Virus record (IMG/VR): IMGVR_UViG_3300028794_000198
Span: 26,049-90,048 of that record
DNA: 64,000 bases
Reading direction: 5' to 3' (one strand)
From: a virus
In this document: positions 17,605-26,522 of the stretch, one piece after another
Layout of the letters: each line of letters opens with the position of its first letter
How positions within the stretch are numbered: the first letter of the stretch is position 1
Notes under the pieces: generated by a model
Told to the model about the DNA's origin: nothing
What the model saw: only the letters and a program-made list of their open reading frames with translations
Database searches by the model: none
Position numbers and translations under genes: made by a program

Positions 17605-17831
17605 GTGGTCTCCTCGCCCGCGTCGCCGATGCCGAGTTCACGTTCGAGCCGGGCGATCTTCGCACGGTCGGGGCGTGGTCGGGGACGCCGCCAGTCGTGT
17701 GCAATCAGGTTCCAGACGGGATGGGGCCACCGTAGCCACAGGGGTGCGCCCGGCTCGGCGCCGTAGATGCCGCAGAGGCCGGTATAGGTGACGGCGAACA
17801 GGCTCAAGATGACCGCCAAGACATCGTTCAC
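17601..17831 (-). CDS. Small membrane protein
   Basis: Hydrophobic N-terminus; KIARLERELG. Confidence 0.6.
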   Translation of the reverse strand: MNDVLAVILSLFAVTYTGLCGIYGAEPGAPLWLRWPHPVWNLIAHDWRRPRPRPDRAKIARLERELGIGDAGEETT

Positions 17832-18289
17832 GGCGCCCACTCTTCACCCTTGTGCTCCGGATGCCCGACGAACGGCTGGGCAAGAATGCCGAGTCGCCGG
17901 TTGACTCGCTCGTCGCGTCCACAGTCACACGGACTGCCGATCCGAGCATCGTGGCAGGTCTCTCCACCGTCGCGCTCTTCGGTGGCCGCCGCGCATGTCC
18001 ACCAGCAGTCCTCGACGACCTGATGCCGTTCGGCGAGCAAGTCGTCGACGAGCGCGAGCTTGGCGTCGAGGTCGGCGAGGACGCCCGGGTCGGCGGCGGA
18101 CTCGCCGTACTTCTCGAAGAACTCGTCCATGCCGATCCGGTGGAACTCGCCGAGCATGACGTGCGGATCGTCCTGGCTGTAGACGGCTGTCCACTGGAAC
18201 GGCAGGTCGCCCCGAACCGACTGCTTCCGTGTCTCCTTGTCCCGCGCTTCCGTGTACCTGGCGCGCAGAAACTCGGCGATCTCGCTCAC
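17828..18289 (-). CDS. DUF6221-like phage protein
   Basis: IAEFLRAR...DP.VLADLDAK...LAQPF..HP...EW. Confidence 0.75.
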   Translation of the reverse strand: MSEIAEFLRARYTEARDKETRKQSVRGDLPFQWTAVYSQDDPHVMLGEFHRIGMDEFFEKYGESAADPGVLADLDAKLALVDDLLAERHQVVEDCWWTCAAATEERDGGETCHDARIGSPCDCGRDERVNRRLGILAQPFVGHPEHKGEEWAP

Positions 18290-18480
18290 GGCACATCCCT
18301 CTCACTCTGTCGCCCCGCGAAGGCCATGAAGATGGCACCCGCGCTGCCGAGAATCGCCAGACCTCCTGGGGCGATGTACCTGAGTCCGGCGGTCGTCACC
18401 CAGATCCCGGTACACAGCCCCGCGAGGCCAAGGATGAGCAGCGTCGAGGTGTAGATGGCGTTCTCCTTCCGAACGTTCAC
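18286..18480 (-). CDS. Two-TM small membrane protein
   Basis: GTGA overlaps; two hydrophobic helices. Confidence 0.6.
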   Translation of the reverse strand: MNVRKENAIYTSTLLILGLAGLCTGIWVTTAGLRYIAPGGLAILGSAGAIFMAFAGRQSERDVP

Positions 18481-19283
18481 GCCGCGACTCCTGCCGCTTC
18501 GGCGAGCACGGCTTCCTGTGCGGCCCGGAGTTCCCGCCACTCCCCGATCGTCTCCCACTTCGCGTTGCATCCGCCGCAACGCACCCGGTGGCTGGCTGCG
18601 GACGCGGTGAGCGGCGTCCAGCACGGCCCGTCGTCGAGGCGCACGGGACAGTTGCCGATCTGCACCCGGCCGGGCCGCCGCTCGTCGTTGACGATGGCCG
18701 TGCACTCGCCGTGCAGCTTGCCGATCTCGTCGATGTCCTGGCCGACCTCCTCGTAACTGCCGCACGCCCACAGCAGGTTGTTCGCGAGGAAGGCGGTGCG
18801 ACGCTGCACAGCGTCCGCCGCATGGTCGGCACGCCAGTACGGGTAGACGCGATCCTCGCGCACTGCCTCACCGACACGTCGGGCCCCGCCCTTGTCGCGC
18901 CAGACCGGATAGACGGTGCGAGGTGCAGTGGGCGGCGGGGTGGGCCAGCCGAGCGCTTGCCGCCACGAGTCCTCAATCGCCTGAAGCCTGGCCGCAACAC
19001 CGCCGGACCCGACGAGGGCGAGGACTTCGAGCCGGAGCGGGACAGGTGCGGTGCGGCTACTGGATGAGCTGCCGCCGGGCTGGCGGGCGCCACGCATGAG
19101 AGCGGCCGTGGTGTCGAGCTTCCGGAACAGGACGGGGAGTTCAGCGATGCGGGCCAGGGTGACGTCGCCGCAGGGCCGGCACGCCCACCGGTCGAGCTCG
19201 TCGGCCCACAACTGCCGTCCGCAGCGAGGGGTGACGCATGTCGGCCATTCGTAGCTGTCGTCGTCGGGGGTGTGGTCGCGCAT
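18477..19283 (-). CDS. Zn-finger protein, possible late transcription regulator
   Basis: N- and C-terminal Cys pairs (C..C/CRPC; GNCP...C...VRCGGC..W); located near the early/late boundary. Confidence 0.6.
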   Translation of the reverse strand: MRDHTPDDDSYEWPTCVTPRCGRQLWADELDRWACRPCGDVTLARIAELPVLFRKLDTTAALMRGARQPGGSSSSSRTAPVPLRLEVLALVGSGGVAARLQAIEDSWRQALGWPTPPPTAPRTVYPVWRDKGGARRVGEAVREDRVYPYWRADHAADAVQRRTAFLANNLLWACGSYEEVGQDIDEIGKLHGECTAIVNDERRPGRVQIGNCPVRLDDGPCWTPLTASAASHRVRCGGCNAKWETIGEWRELRAAQEAVLAEAAGVAA

Positions 19284-19373
19284 GGTGCAGTCCTCCGGCG
19301 GTGGTACGGGGAACGGGGGCACTACTGAGCCAATGATGCTCTACGTGATTGACACGGCGGGCCATTGGCACAG

Positions 19374-19592
19374 TCAGGTGCCGCACTCCACAGCCCGCAC
19401 GCATCCCCGGCATTCCCCGACCGCCCCGACGACGTACCCGCTGGCGAGCAGCCCGCTCTTCCCGCAGGCGGCGTGCAGCAGCTCCCACCACCGCTGCTCC
19501 TCGGGCCGGCGGACGCGATGCCGGGTGCGGCCGTTGACGAACCGGACGCGCGCCGGGTATTCGTCGGCGATCGACGGGGCGGGGGCGGTCAC
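19374..19592 (-). CDS. Hypothetical protein
   Basis: GTGA overlap; H..ACG..CRGC. Confidence 0.55.
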   Translation of the reverse strand: MTAPAPSIADEYPARVRFVNGRTRHRVRRPEEQRWWELLHAACGKSGLLASGYVVGAVGECRGCVRAVECGT

Positions 19593-19828
19593 GGAACGGC
19601 TCGGACGGGGATCGTCGCGGTCGACGACCACCAGGTCTCGCGGGTCTCCGGGTTGCCCGGGCCGGTGCGACGAGAGAAGTCCTCGCCCGCAGTCACCCGG
19701 TACTCGTAGCTGCCGTCAGGCCACGGGCCCTTCACCTCGCGGACGGTGGCGGTCCCGGCGCGGGCGGCGGCCCACTGCTGGCCGTAATGCCGGACGCGGG
19801 TGCCGACGCGGACGGGGTGGGTGCTCAT
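19589..19828 (-). CDS. Hypothetical protein (SH3-like)
   Basis: VGTRVRH...ATVREV. Confidence 0.6.
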   Translation of the reverse strand: MSTHPVRVGTRVRHYGQQWAAARAGTATVREVKGPWPDGSYEYRVTAGEDFSRRTGPGNPETRETWWSSTATIPVRAVP

Positions 19829-20118
19829 CGCGTCTCCTTGCGTGTCGCCCGCCGTTCCCAGGCGAGCAGCCCGGCAACAGCGGCCTTCTGGATGGTGGCT
19901 TCGACCGGGTTGCGGGTGCGCCCACCATCGGCGAACCACCAGTTCCACCCGTTGCGGCCCGTGCGCGACGTCCCGCCGTAGGACGGTTCGACGACGACCA
20001 ACACCCGACCGCCGGAGACGACATGCCAGTTGCGGGTGTCCGCCCAGTCGGGGGCTTTCACGATCTCAGCGGCGTCGATGACGGCGCGGGCCGCTTTCGC
20101 GGACAGGGGGCGGGTCAT
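19825..20118 (-). CDS. Hypothetical protein
   Basis: Coupled ORF. Confidence 0.65.
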   Translation of the reverse strand: MTRPLSAKAARAVIDAAEIVKAPDWADTRNWHVVSGGRVLVVVEPSYGGTSRTGRNGWNWWFADGGRTRNPVEATIQKAAVAGLLAWERRATRKETR

Positions 20119-20411
20119 GCCGTCTCCTTGCCGGCTCGGTCGGCGAGTCGCGCGAGCGCCGCTGTGGTGTCGGGCGCGTTCCCGGCGTATCCGCCACCGG
20201 GTCCGTAGGCGGTGGGCATCTGGCCCGCGCGGGTGGGAATGTTGATGGCTCCGATGAACGTCTCATCGGTCGGCTGGTCGCCTTTGAACAGCCACAGGTA
20301 GGCGGTTCCGAAGGTGTCGGTGCCGATCGCGATGCTGTGGCCGGGTGGGGTGGTGTCGTCGACACCGTGCCAGTTGATCGCGCAGTGGGCGGCCAGGAAC
20401 TTGGCGGGCAT
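20115..20411 (-). CDS. Hypothetical protein
   Basis: ATG at 20411 with GAGGA RBS. Confidence 0.65.
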   Translation of the reverse strand: MPAKFLAAHCAINWHGVDDTTPPGHSIAIGTDTFGTAYLWLFKGDQPTDETFIGAINIPTRAGQMPTAYGPGGGYAGNAPDTTAALARLADRAGKETA

Positions 20412-20413
20412 GG

Positions 20414-20560
20414 TCAGTCCTCGTCTCGGTTGATGTCGCGGTCGCCCCACCAGCGGTCGAAGCGGGCGGCTTCGGCCGGGGTCTCGTCCCACTCCCGCGC
20501 CCCGGGTTCGGTCAGCGGCTCCGGCATGGGCGCCGGGGCAGGCTCGGGCGGGGCGGTCAC
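20414..20560 (-). CDS. Small hypothetical protein
   Basis: GTGA overlap. Confidence 0.5.
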   Translation of the reverse strand: MTAPPEPAPAPMPEPLTEPGAREWDETPAEAARFDRWWGDRDINRDED

Positions 20561-20844
20561 GGCTGGTCGTCGCAGACGCACGCCTCGTGCGGGAACCAGC
20601 ACGGCCTGGGGTGGGCCTTTGAGGCGTCGCGGACGGCGATGATGGCGCCGATCTCGTCGTTGCTGAGGCCTTTGGCGAGGCGGTAGCTCTCGCGCCAGCC
20701 GTCGGCCTCCGCGTACTGCTCGTCGTTGTCGGCGAGGAGCCGCAGCGCTATGTCTCGCGCTTCCTGCACGGTCAAGGCGGGGTCGTTCAGGCGCTTGCGG
20801 ATCTGGTCGATCTCGTCGTTGGTGAGCGGCTGGTGGGTGGTCAT
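20557..20844 (-). CDS. Hypothetical protein
   Basis: ATGA overlap. Confidence 0.6.
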   Translation of the reverse strand: MTTHQPLTNDEIDQIRKRLNDPALTVQEARDIALRLLADNDEQYAEADGWRESYRLAKGLSNDEIGAIIAVRDASKAHPRPCWFPHEACVCDDQP

Positions 20845-21386
20845 CGGGGCTCCTCGCCTTCGGCCGGGTTGGTGACGGTGACGCCGTCGCGGGTGCGGGA
20901 CAGGACGCGGTCGTACTCGCGCTTGGGGTCGTCCCAGCCGCCTCCACCGCCATCGAGGGTGAGGGTTTTGGCGTTGGCGCGCTTCACCTTGTAGGTGCTG
21001 GTGACGGCGAGGTCGCGCCGGAAGTCGCGGACCTTGACGATGTCGCCGGGCTGGAAGTCGGAGCGCTGCCACGGCCGGGAGCGCGTCGCTTCGACTGCCG
21101 CAAGGTCCGCTACGTCTTTCGCCTGGCTCGCTTTCTGCTGCGCCCGGGCGGCCATCTCGCGGGCTTCGATGGCGCGGCGGGTGGCGTTGTCGGCGCGGTC
21201 GCGGTCGCGGACTGCGGACCGGTAGGAGTGGTGGCCGACGAGGAGCGGCTGCCCGCCGGCGAACCGGCCGTACATGCCGGATGCGTGGTCGCTCATCTGG
21301 TCGGCGGTCTTCTTGAGTTCGTCCGCTCGCCGTTGAAGACGCTCGGCGTCGCGCTGTTCGGGGTTTTCGTTCGCGGCGTCCACCAC
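20841..21386 (-). CDS. DUF3560-like protein
   Basis: ERL..RA...GQPLLVGHHS...R...A..RAIE. Confidence 0.8.
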   Translation of the reverse strand: MVDAANENPEQRDAERLQRRADELKKTADQMSDHASGMYGRFAGGQPLLVGHHSYRSAVRDRDRADNATRRAIEAREMAARAQQKASQAKDVADLAAVEATRSRPWQRSDFQPGDIVKVRDFRRDLAVTSTYKVKRANAKTLTLDGGGGGWDDPKREYDRVLSRTRDGVTVTNPAEGEEPR

Positions 21387-21392
21387 GTGCTC

Positions 21393-21653
21393 CTATCGGT
21401 TGAGGCCGGGCAGGTCGCCCCAGCCGTGTACGAGCCCCGGGTTGTGGGCGGCCAGTACCTTGGTGGCGGCAGCGATCCGGGCGAGCGCCGCCTGCCGACC
21501 TTCCTCATAGCGGGGCTGTCGGCAGAGGGAGAGGTGGACGCAGGCTTCCCAGGATTCGCGGCGCGCGTCCCGGATGTGGGGCGGGAGTTGCCGGGCGGCT
21601 AGGTCGGCGACTGCATCCGGGACGGGGACGGTGTACGGCGGGCGGGCGATCAC
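21393..21653 (-). CDS. Hypothetical protein
   Basis: Coupled ORF. Confidence 0.6.
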   Translation of the reverse strand: MIARPPYTVPVPDAVADLAARQLPPHIRDARRESWEACVHLSLCRQPRYEEGRQAALARIAAATKVLAAHNPGLVHGWGDLPGLNR

Positions 21654-21886
21654 GGCTTCCGCTCCCCCAGCGCCCCGATGGCCGCGATGACGTCGGCGAC
21701 GCCCCGGTTGTAGGCCTCGTCGGTTTCGTCGCCGGTCGCGTCGGTGAGGTACTCGCCGCGCGCCGCCTCAATGGCCTTGGCCAACTGGAGGGCGTCGTGC
21801 TCGGCGAGGATGCTTTCGGCTTCTGCGCGTTCGGTGCATCCGCTGACCGTGATCGCGCCGATGATGTACTCGGTCGGGTTCTGCAT
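21650..21886 (-). CDS. Hypothetical protein
   Basis: ATG with GAGGAG RBS. Confidence 0.65.
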   Translation of the reverse strand: MQNPTEYIIGAITVSGCTERAEAESILAEHDALQLAKAIEAARGEYLTDATGDETDEAYNRGVADVIAAIGALGERKP

Positions 21887-21961
21887 GTCGATCTCCTCAG
21901 GCGGCAAGTCGGGCGACGGTTCGGTGGTGGAGCCCGGCCTCGAAAGGCCGGGCGGGGCGGG

Positions 21962-22285
21962 TCAGGACAGTTCGGTGAAGCACAGCCAGGCGGCCCGGTC
22001 CCGGCCGCTGTAGCCGAGGGCCTGGATCGCGTGCGCGAGTTGGACGTCCCAGCCGGCCTGCTGCTCCGGGGAGATGCCCGCCGCGCTCCGGTACTCGCCG
22101 GGCTCGACCTCCTTGCTGTAGGCGACCAGGAAGATCTGCTCACCCTGGTTGGAGCCGCCGGCCGCAGAGTGCACGTCGGGGCACCGGTCCTTGATCGTGT
22201 CCAGGACTTCGTCGATCCGTTCGGCCTCATCGGCGTCGGAGCCGACGTGCAGGCCGTAGGCGAGGAATGCGGTGTTCGTGTCCAC
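21962..22285 (-). CDS. Hypothetical protein
   Basis: GTG with AAAGG RBS; LAYG. Confidence 0.6.
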   Translation of the reverse strand: MDTNTAFLAYGLHVGSDADEAERIDEVLDTIKDRCPDVHSAAGGSNQGEQIFLVAYSKEVEPGEYRSAAGISPEQQAGWDVQLAHAIQALGYSGRDRAAWLCFTELS

Positions 22286-22340
22286 GGGGAGACCTTTCGT
22301 CGCGGGGCCGGACTGATTCGGGCGCAAGGGTGTTGCGTTG

Positions 22341-22374
22341 CGTAGGGGGCCCGGGTTGTCCCGGGCCCCCTACG
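22341..22374. terminator. Strong 15-bp stem hairpin
   Basis: CGTAGGGGGCCCGGG-ttgt-CCCGGGCCCCCTACG. Confidence 0.75.
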
Positions 22375-22381
22375 GTTCGAT

Positions 22382-22573
22382 CTAGCCCATCATCCGGCGC
22401 CACACCGAGACGGTCTCCTCGTCGCCGCTGATGTTGAATTCGACCTTCCCGTTGTCTTGGATCTTGGTCGATACGCTGAGCCCGCCCTCCCGGAGTGCGT
22501 CGCGGTTCTCCTTGAGGGTGGTGCCGCGCAGGTCTTCGGTCGTGCGGGTGAAGCTGAACCGGCTCTTCGCCAT
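22382..22573 (-). CDS. Small hypothetical protein
   Basis: AGGGAG RBS; first gene behind a strong promoter. Confidence 0.7.
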   Translation of the reverse strand: MAKSRFSFTRTTEDLRGTTLKENRDALREGGLSVSTKIQDNGKVEFNISGDEETVSVWRRMMG

Positions 22574-22616
22574 GTGAACTCCCTGTTGAGGTGTCGTTCC
22601 GTCTTGCGATACCTCA

Positions 22617-22686
22617 AATATAGTGGGTACCCATCAATACGTCAAGTGGGTACCCACTAGATCTTTTCATGGGTACCCACTACACT
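22617..22686. promoter_or_regulatory. Divergent promoters with three TGGGTACCCA operators
   Basis: Minus strand TTGACG-17-TATATT; plus strand -10 TACACT 6 nt before ATG; palindromes at 22624, 22647 and 22670. Confidence 0.85.
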
Positions 22687-22692
22687 CGACAC

Positions 22693-22968
22693 ATGGACAC
22701 TCCACCCAAGCCGTTTCAGCAGCTCACCGCCCTCGCCGGCTCCGAGAGCATCGAGCGCGCCCAGGCCCTGACCGAGGCGTTGAAGGCCATCCCTGACCTT
22801 CAACACTGGCTGCGGGAGCAGCGCCAGCACGTCGTCCGCACCCTCCATGAGCGGGACGGAATCAGCTACACCGACATGGCGCCCGCCCTCGGGGTCAAGC
22901 CTGAGCGCGTGTCAGGCATTGCCCGTGGCCACAGCCGTTCATCAAGGAAGGGCAGCGCCGAGGGCTGA
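22693..22968 (+). CDS. Small HTH transcriptional regulator (probably leaderless)
   Basis: GISYTDMAPALGVKPERVSGI HTH. Confidence 0.8.
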   Translation: MDTPPKPFQQLTALAGSESIERAQALTEALKAIPDLQHWLREQRQHVVRTLHERDGISYTDMAPALGVKPERVSGIARGHSRSSRKGSAEG

Positions 22969-23058
22969 CCGGCGCCCGGTGGATGGCCCGCGCCGCACCC
23001 GACACGCAAGCCCCGACCGGAGACGATCCCGGTCGGGGCTTGCGAGTGCCCGGGCAGG

Positions 23059-23598
23059 TCACCGCTGGTTGATGTTCTTGACCCAGACGGCCCGGGTGTT
23101 GGTGGTGCGGTGCTCGTGATATTCGGGCCCGTTGTGGTGGTGCACGTCGGGCACGACAGCCCGCTTGGCCTTGCCGATGGCACCCCCGACGGCGGTCACG
23201 ACCATGGCGAAACCGGCGAACGGGAGGGCAACGGTCAGAACACCGGCCAGGGTCACGGTGGACAGGCTGTGGATAACCGACGACAGGCCCTTGCAGGCGA
23301 GCCAGACCGCACAGCCGAGGCCGATGGATCCGACACCGACTCCGATGGAGCCGACGGCGATTCCGAGCGCCCAGGCGGGCACGATCCGGCTGTCGGGCTG
23401 CGGGACGGGCGGGGTGGTGCCAACGCGAGGCCCGTCCTCGAATGACGGGATGCTCTCGTCGTCGACGCGGACGGCGGTGGGCTTGTCGGTGCCGATCTCG
23501 TCGAGGGCTGCGAAGAGGCGGCGGATGTTGTCGCGGTCGGCTTGCGTGGCCTGCCCGGCCGCGGCGGCGGTGGGCGTCGGCTCGGGCAGGTCGAGCAT
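23059..23598 (-). CDS. Membrane protein, Spd-like (plasmid spread)
   Basis: Two TM helices, HHH.GP tail; downstream of the tra gene. Confidence 0.55.
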   Translation of the reverse strand: MLDLPEPTPTAAAAGQATQADRDNIRRLFAALDEIGTDKPTAVRVDDESIPSFEDGPRVGTTPPVPQPDSRIVPAWALGIAVGSIGVGVGSIGLGCAVWLACKGLSSVIHSLSTVTLAGVLTVALPFAGFAMVVTAVGGAIGKAKRAVVPDVHHHNGPEYHEHRTTNTRAVWVKNINQR

Positions 23599-23624
23599 GG
23601 GGTGAGGTCTCCTTCGGGTAGTGG

Positions 23625-24272
23625 TTACGGGGTGGCAGCCTTGGCGGTCGCCTTGGCCGGCTTCTTGCGGGTGCTGGTCTTGGGTGCGGGTGTGGGCGGC
23701 GACGGGGCCATGGCGGCTGCGGCGGTCTGCTGCGCGTACCACTTGCCGCCGACGCTCGCCCCGCCGTGCACCTGCTTCTCGTGGGCCCGCAAGGCGCTGG
23801 TGGCCTTCTTGGCGTCCTGGAAGCGGGGCTTCACCTTCTTGCCGCAGGGGCAGCTCCAGCCGATCAGGCCGGAGCCTTTGTCGGCACCGAACCGGCTCGC
23901 CTTGTAGACGGCCCACTTGCTGGCCGTGGCCTTGGTGCCCTTCGCGGGGCAGGGCTTGGATCCGGTGAGGGTTCCGTCCTTGGCCCGGGTGGCGATCTGT
24001 CCGTTGCCGTGGCAGGTGGTGCAGTTCTCGTGGGTGATGCGGCGGATGGCCGCGGCCTTGCGGGAGGTGGTCACGTCGCGGTGGGTGTCGACCATGGGGG
24101 CGATGACCCGCAGCACCAGCCAGGTGCCGAGGCGGGCGTGGAGCGGGCCGCTGCGCGGGATTTTGACCCGCCGGGCGGGATGCGTGCGCCGGACGGCGGT
24201 CGCGGTGGTGCGGCGGCGCGCCGGGGCCTTGCGGCGGGCGGTCGGCCGCCTTGCGGAACGCTTCGCTGCCAT
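23625..24272 (-). CDS. Basic Zn-finger protein (CxxCxGxG and C2H2-like)
   Basis: CTTCHGNG...KPCP; WSCPCG...H...H. Confidence 0.7.
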   Translation of the reverse strand: MAAKRSARRPTARRKAPARRRTTATAVRRTHPARRVKIPRSGPLHARLGTWLVLRVIAPMVDTHRDVTTSRKAAAIRRITHENCTTCHGNGQIATRAKDGTLTGSKPCPAKGTKATASKWAVYKASRFGADKGSGLIGWSCPCGKKVKPRFQDAKKATSALRAHEKQVHGGASVGGKWYAQQTAAAAMAPSPPTPAPKTSTRKKPAKATAKAATP

Positions 24273-24313
24273 GATCGGGACTCCTTCTCAAGAACTTCAC
24301 ATATGTGGATCAA

Positions 24314-24456
24314 TAGGGTGTCTATGGGCCGTCTTTGGCCCGACTAAGGCCCGTCTATGGCCCGGCTACCTGCGGTTCCTCTTGATCGCCCAGTCGGGCC
24401 ATAGACGGGGTGAAGACGGGGGTTAGGCGGCCCGTAGACGGGCCATAGTCGGGCCC
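24314..24456. repeat. clt-like locus: 5 + 6 inverted tandem 11-bp repeats (consensus TAGACGGGCCA)
   Basis: Arms at 24314-24368 and 24391-24456 with a 22-bp spacer; right arm overlaps the 3' end of the traB-like gene. Confidence 0.8.
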
Positions 24457-26522
24457 AACAGGCCTGCGGCGGCCTGCTCAACAGACTCTCGGGACCAGCC
24501 GCGGACCTGCGCCCGGCCATCCCACTCCTGACGGATCGCCGTCACCGACGGGGCATGCTTCCGAAGCAGCTGAGAGAGGCCGTTGGCGTCCATCTGCACG
24601 CCCGCCTCGCCGAGCGCGGGGAGCAGTTCCTCGGTCGTCGGCAGGAACGTCTTCGCGCCGAACGCCCGCAGCAGAACGGCGACCGTCGCCGCATCCTCCA
24701 CACCGCCCTGCTCGTCGAGAGCGACGAGGCGGTCGGCCAGGGACGCTTCGCCCGCCGCACCATCGCGGCGGATCACGTGCAGCAGGTTGGCGGCGGCGAG
24801 GCTGGCGTGGTCGAACCAGGGACGTCCGGCGTCCTTGCGGTCCTTGACGGCCTGCCGAATCTGGTCACGCTCGAACCGGTTCCACCGCCACAGCACGGGC
24901 CGGTCGAAGCCAGGGCCAGCGATGTAGAACTTGCCGGCGTCGTAGACCCGCTCGTCGTCGACGGCCGGACGCAGCCGGTCGGGACGGTATCCCGCCGCGG
25001 AGGCCCCCTTACCCAGGACAAGGGGGATGTCCTCGCTGCGCGCGGCGAGCATCACCCGGTAGGTGACGGCGCTGGCGATGGCGTCACCGAGGGAGTCTTG
25101 TGTGGCTTCCTGGGCGGCGAAGAGGAGGTAGACGCCGGTCTCGCGGCCGATGCGGAGGATCTCGATGGCGAGTTCCTTGGCTTCCTTGGGTAGGAAGATG
25201 AACTCGTCGATCAGGCCGAAGATGGCGGGCTCTTCGGGGGTGGGCTCCCACAGGTCGCCCATCTCCTTGGCCGACTTGACCTGATTGCGGGCCGAGGCGA
25301 TGTCGCGCAGCCAGCGCAGCTTCTCCGTGCACTCCTTCGGTCCACGGATCGGCGGCAGCGCCATGACCTCGGAGAACTCGCGGATTCCGTCCTTGACCGG
25401 GTCCATCTCGATGGCGATGGCGTCCCGGCATGCGGTGATGACCTCGGCGAGGCAGCGCAGCGCCCCCTTCGTCTTCGCCGACCCGGACGAACCGATGACC
25501 ATCATGAACATTCCGCGCAGGCGCATCTCCAGCAAGGTGCCGTCCATGCAGCGGCCGTACACCACCGCATCCTTCACCGACAGGCTGTTCGGCGAGTGCA
25601 CCGACGGCCGGGGCATGTCGGCGAACGGATCCGACTGCACGAGACGCAGCGTGAGGTGGGAGTTGTCCTCCGGGTCCGGCTCGCACAGGGTCTGCCCCTT
25701 GCCGATGCCGAAGTGGGAGTCCAGCTTGCTCATTACGGCGTTGACCTGCTCCGGCGCCGCCCCCTTGAGGACGACGTCGATCTCCCAGCCCCAGCCACGG
25801 TAGCCGAGCACGCGCACCGCGCGGGTGTCGATGCCCTCCCAGGCGAGCGCCCGGGTGACGCACTGCTCGACCTTGTCCGGCGACTGCGCAACCGCGAGCG
25901 GGAACGGCTCGTCGCTGGTCGGGTCGTCCTGCTCGGCGACGATCTGCTCGGGCGCAAGGCCGGTGTTGTTGAGCCGGTAGCGCCCGTACCAGGTGACGGC
26001 GGAGGCCACGGACAGGGCGAGCACGCCTGGCGTGATCCACCACGAGTCCGCGGCGGTCATGCCCGCTTCGGCGACGAGCGCCCACCAGCCGGCGAGGTTG
26101 AGTGCGGCCAGCGCGCCGGCGCCCCAGCCGAGGAACTTCCAGCGCCGGTGGCGGATCTCGGTGTTGCGGCGCCAGTCGGTCGACGAGGTGACGCCGCCGA
26201 TCGCCTCCTGATAGTCGTGGGAGCGCAGGTACCGCCAGCCGAGGAAGGAGACAGCGCCGGCGCCGGCGCCGAACCAGCGAGCCGCCGTCCAACTGCCGCG
26301 CACCGACAGGCCGACAGCGCGCCCGGTGGTCTTGGCGACGACCATGGCCGCGCTGCCGGTCTTCCGCAGTACCGGGTAGGCCGGCTCGTAGGGCAGGAGG
26401 ACGCCAGGCGCGATGTCGTCGTCGAGTTCCCCGGACAGGTCGTCGGGGACTTCGAGCTCGCCCGGGATCACCTTCGTCAGGTCCCAGCCGGGCGGGAGTT
26501 CCGGGTTCATCTCGAGGCTCAT
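24423..26522 (-). CDS. FtsK/SpoIIIE-family TraB-like conjugative DNA translocase
   Basis: N-terminal TMs, GSSGSAKT Walker A, GLIDEF Walker B, GRETGV..FAAQ, C-terminal wHTH ending RGW. Confidence 0.85.
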   Translation of the reverse strand: MSLEMNPELPPGWDLTKVIPGELEVPDDLSGELDDDIAPGVLLPYEPAYPVLRKTGSAAMVVAKTTGRAVGLSVRGSWTAARWFGAGAGAVSFLGWRYLRSHDYQEAIGGVTSSTDWRRNTEIRHRRWKFLGWGAGALAALNLAGWWALVAEAGMTAADSWWITPGVLALSVASAVTWYGRYRLNNTGLAPEQIVAEQDDPTSDEPFPLAVAQSPDKVEQCVTRALAWEGIDTRAVRVLGYRGWGWEIDVVLKGAAPEQVNAVMSKLDSHFGIGKGQTLCEPDPEDNSHLTLRLVQSDPFADMPRPSVHSPNSLSVKDAVVYGRCMDGTLLEMRLRGMFMMVIGSSGSAKTKGALRCLAEVITACRDAIAIEMDPVKDGIREFSEVMALPPIRGPKECTEKLRWLRDIASARNQVKSAKEMGDLWEPTPEEPAIFGLIDEFIFLPKEAKELAIEILRIGRETGVYLLFAAQEATQDSLGDAIASAVTYRVMLAARSEDIPLVLGKGASAAGYRPDRLRPAVDDERVYDAGKFYIAGPGFDRPVLWRWNRFERDQIRQAVKDRKDAGRPWFDHASLAAANLLHVIRRDGAAGEASLADRLVALDEQGGVEDAATVAVLLRAFGAKTFLPTTEELLPALGEAGVQMDANGLSQLLRKHAPSVTAIRQEWDGRAQVRGWSRESVEQAAAGLLGPTMARLRAA

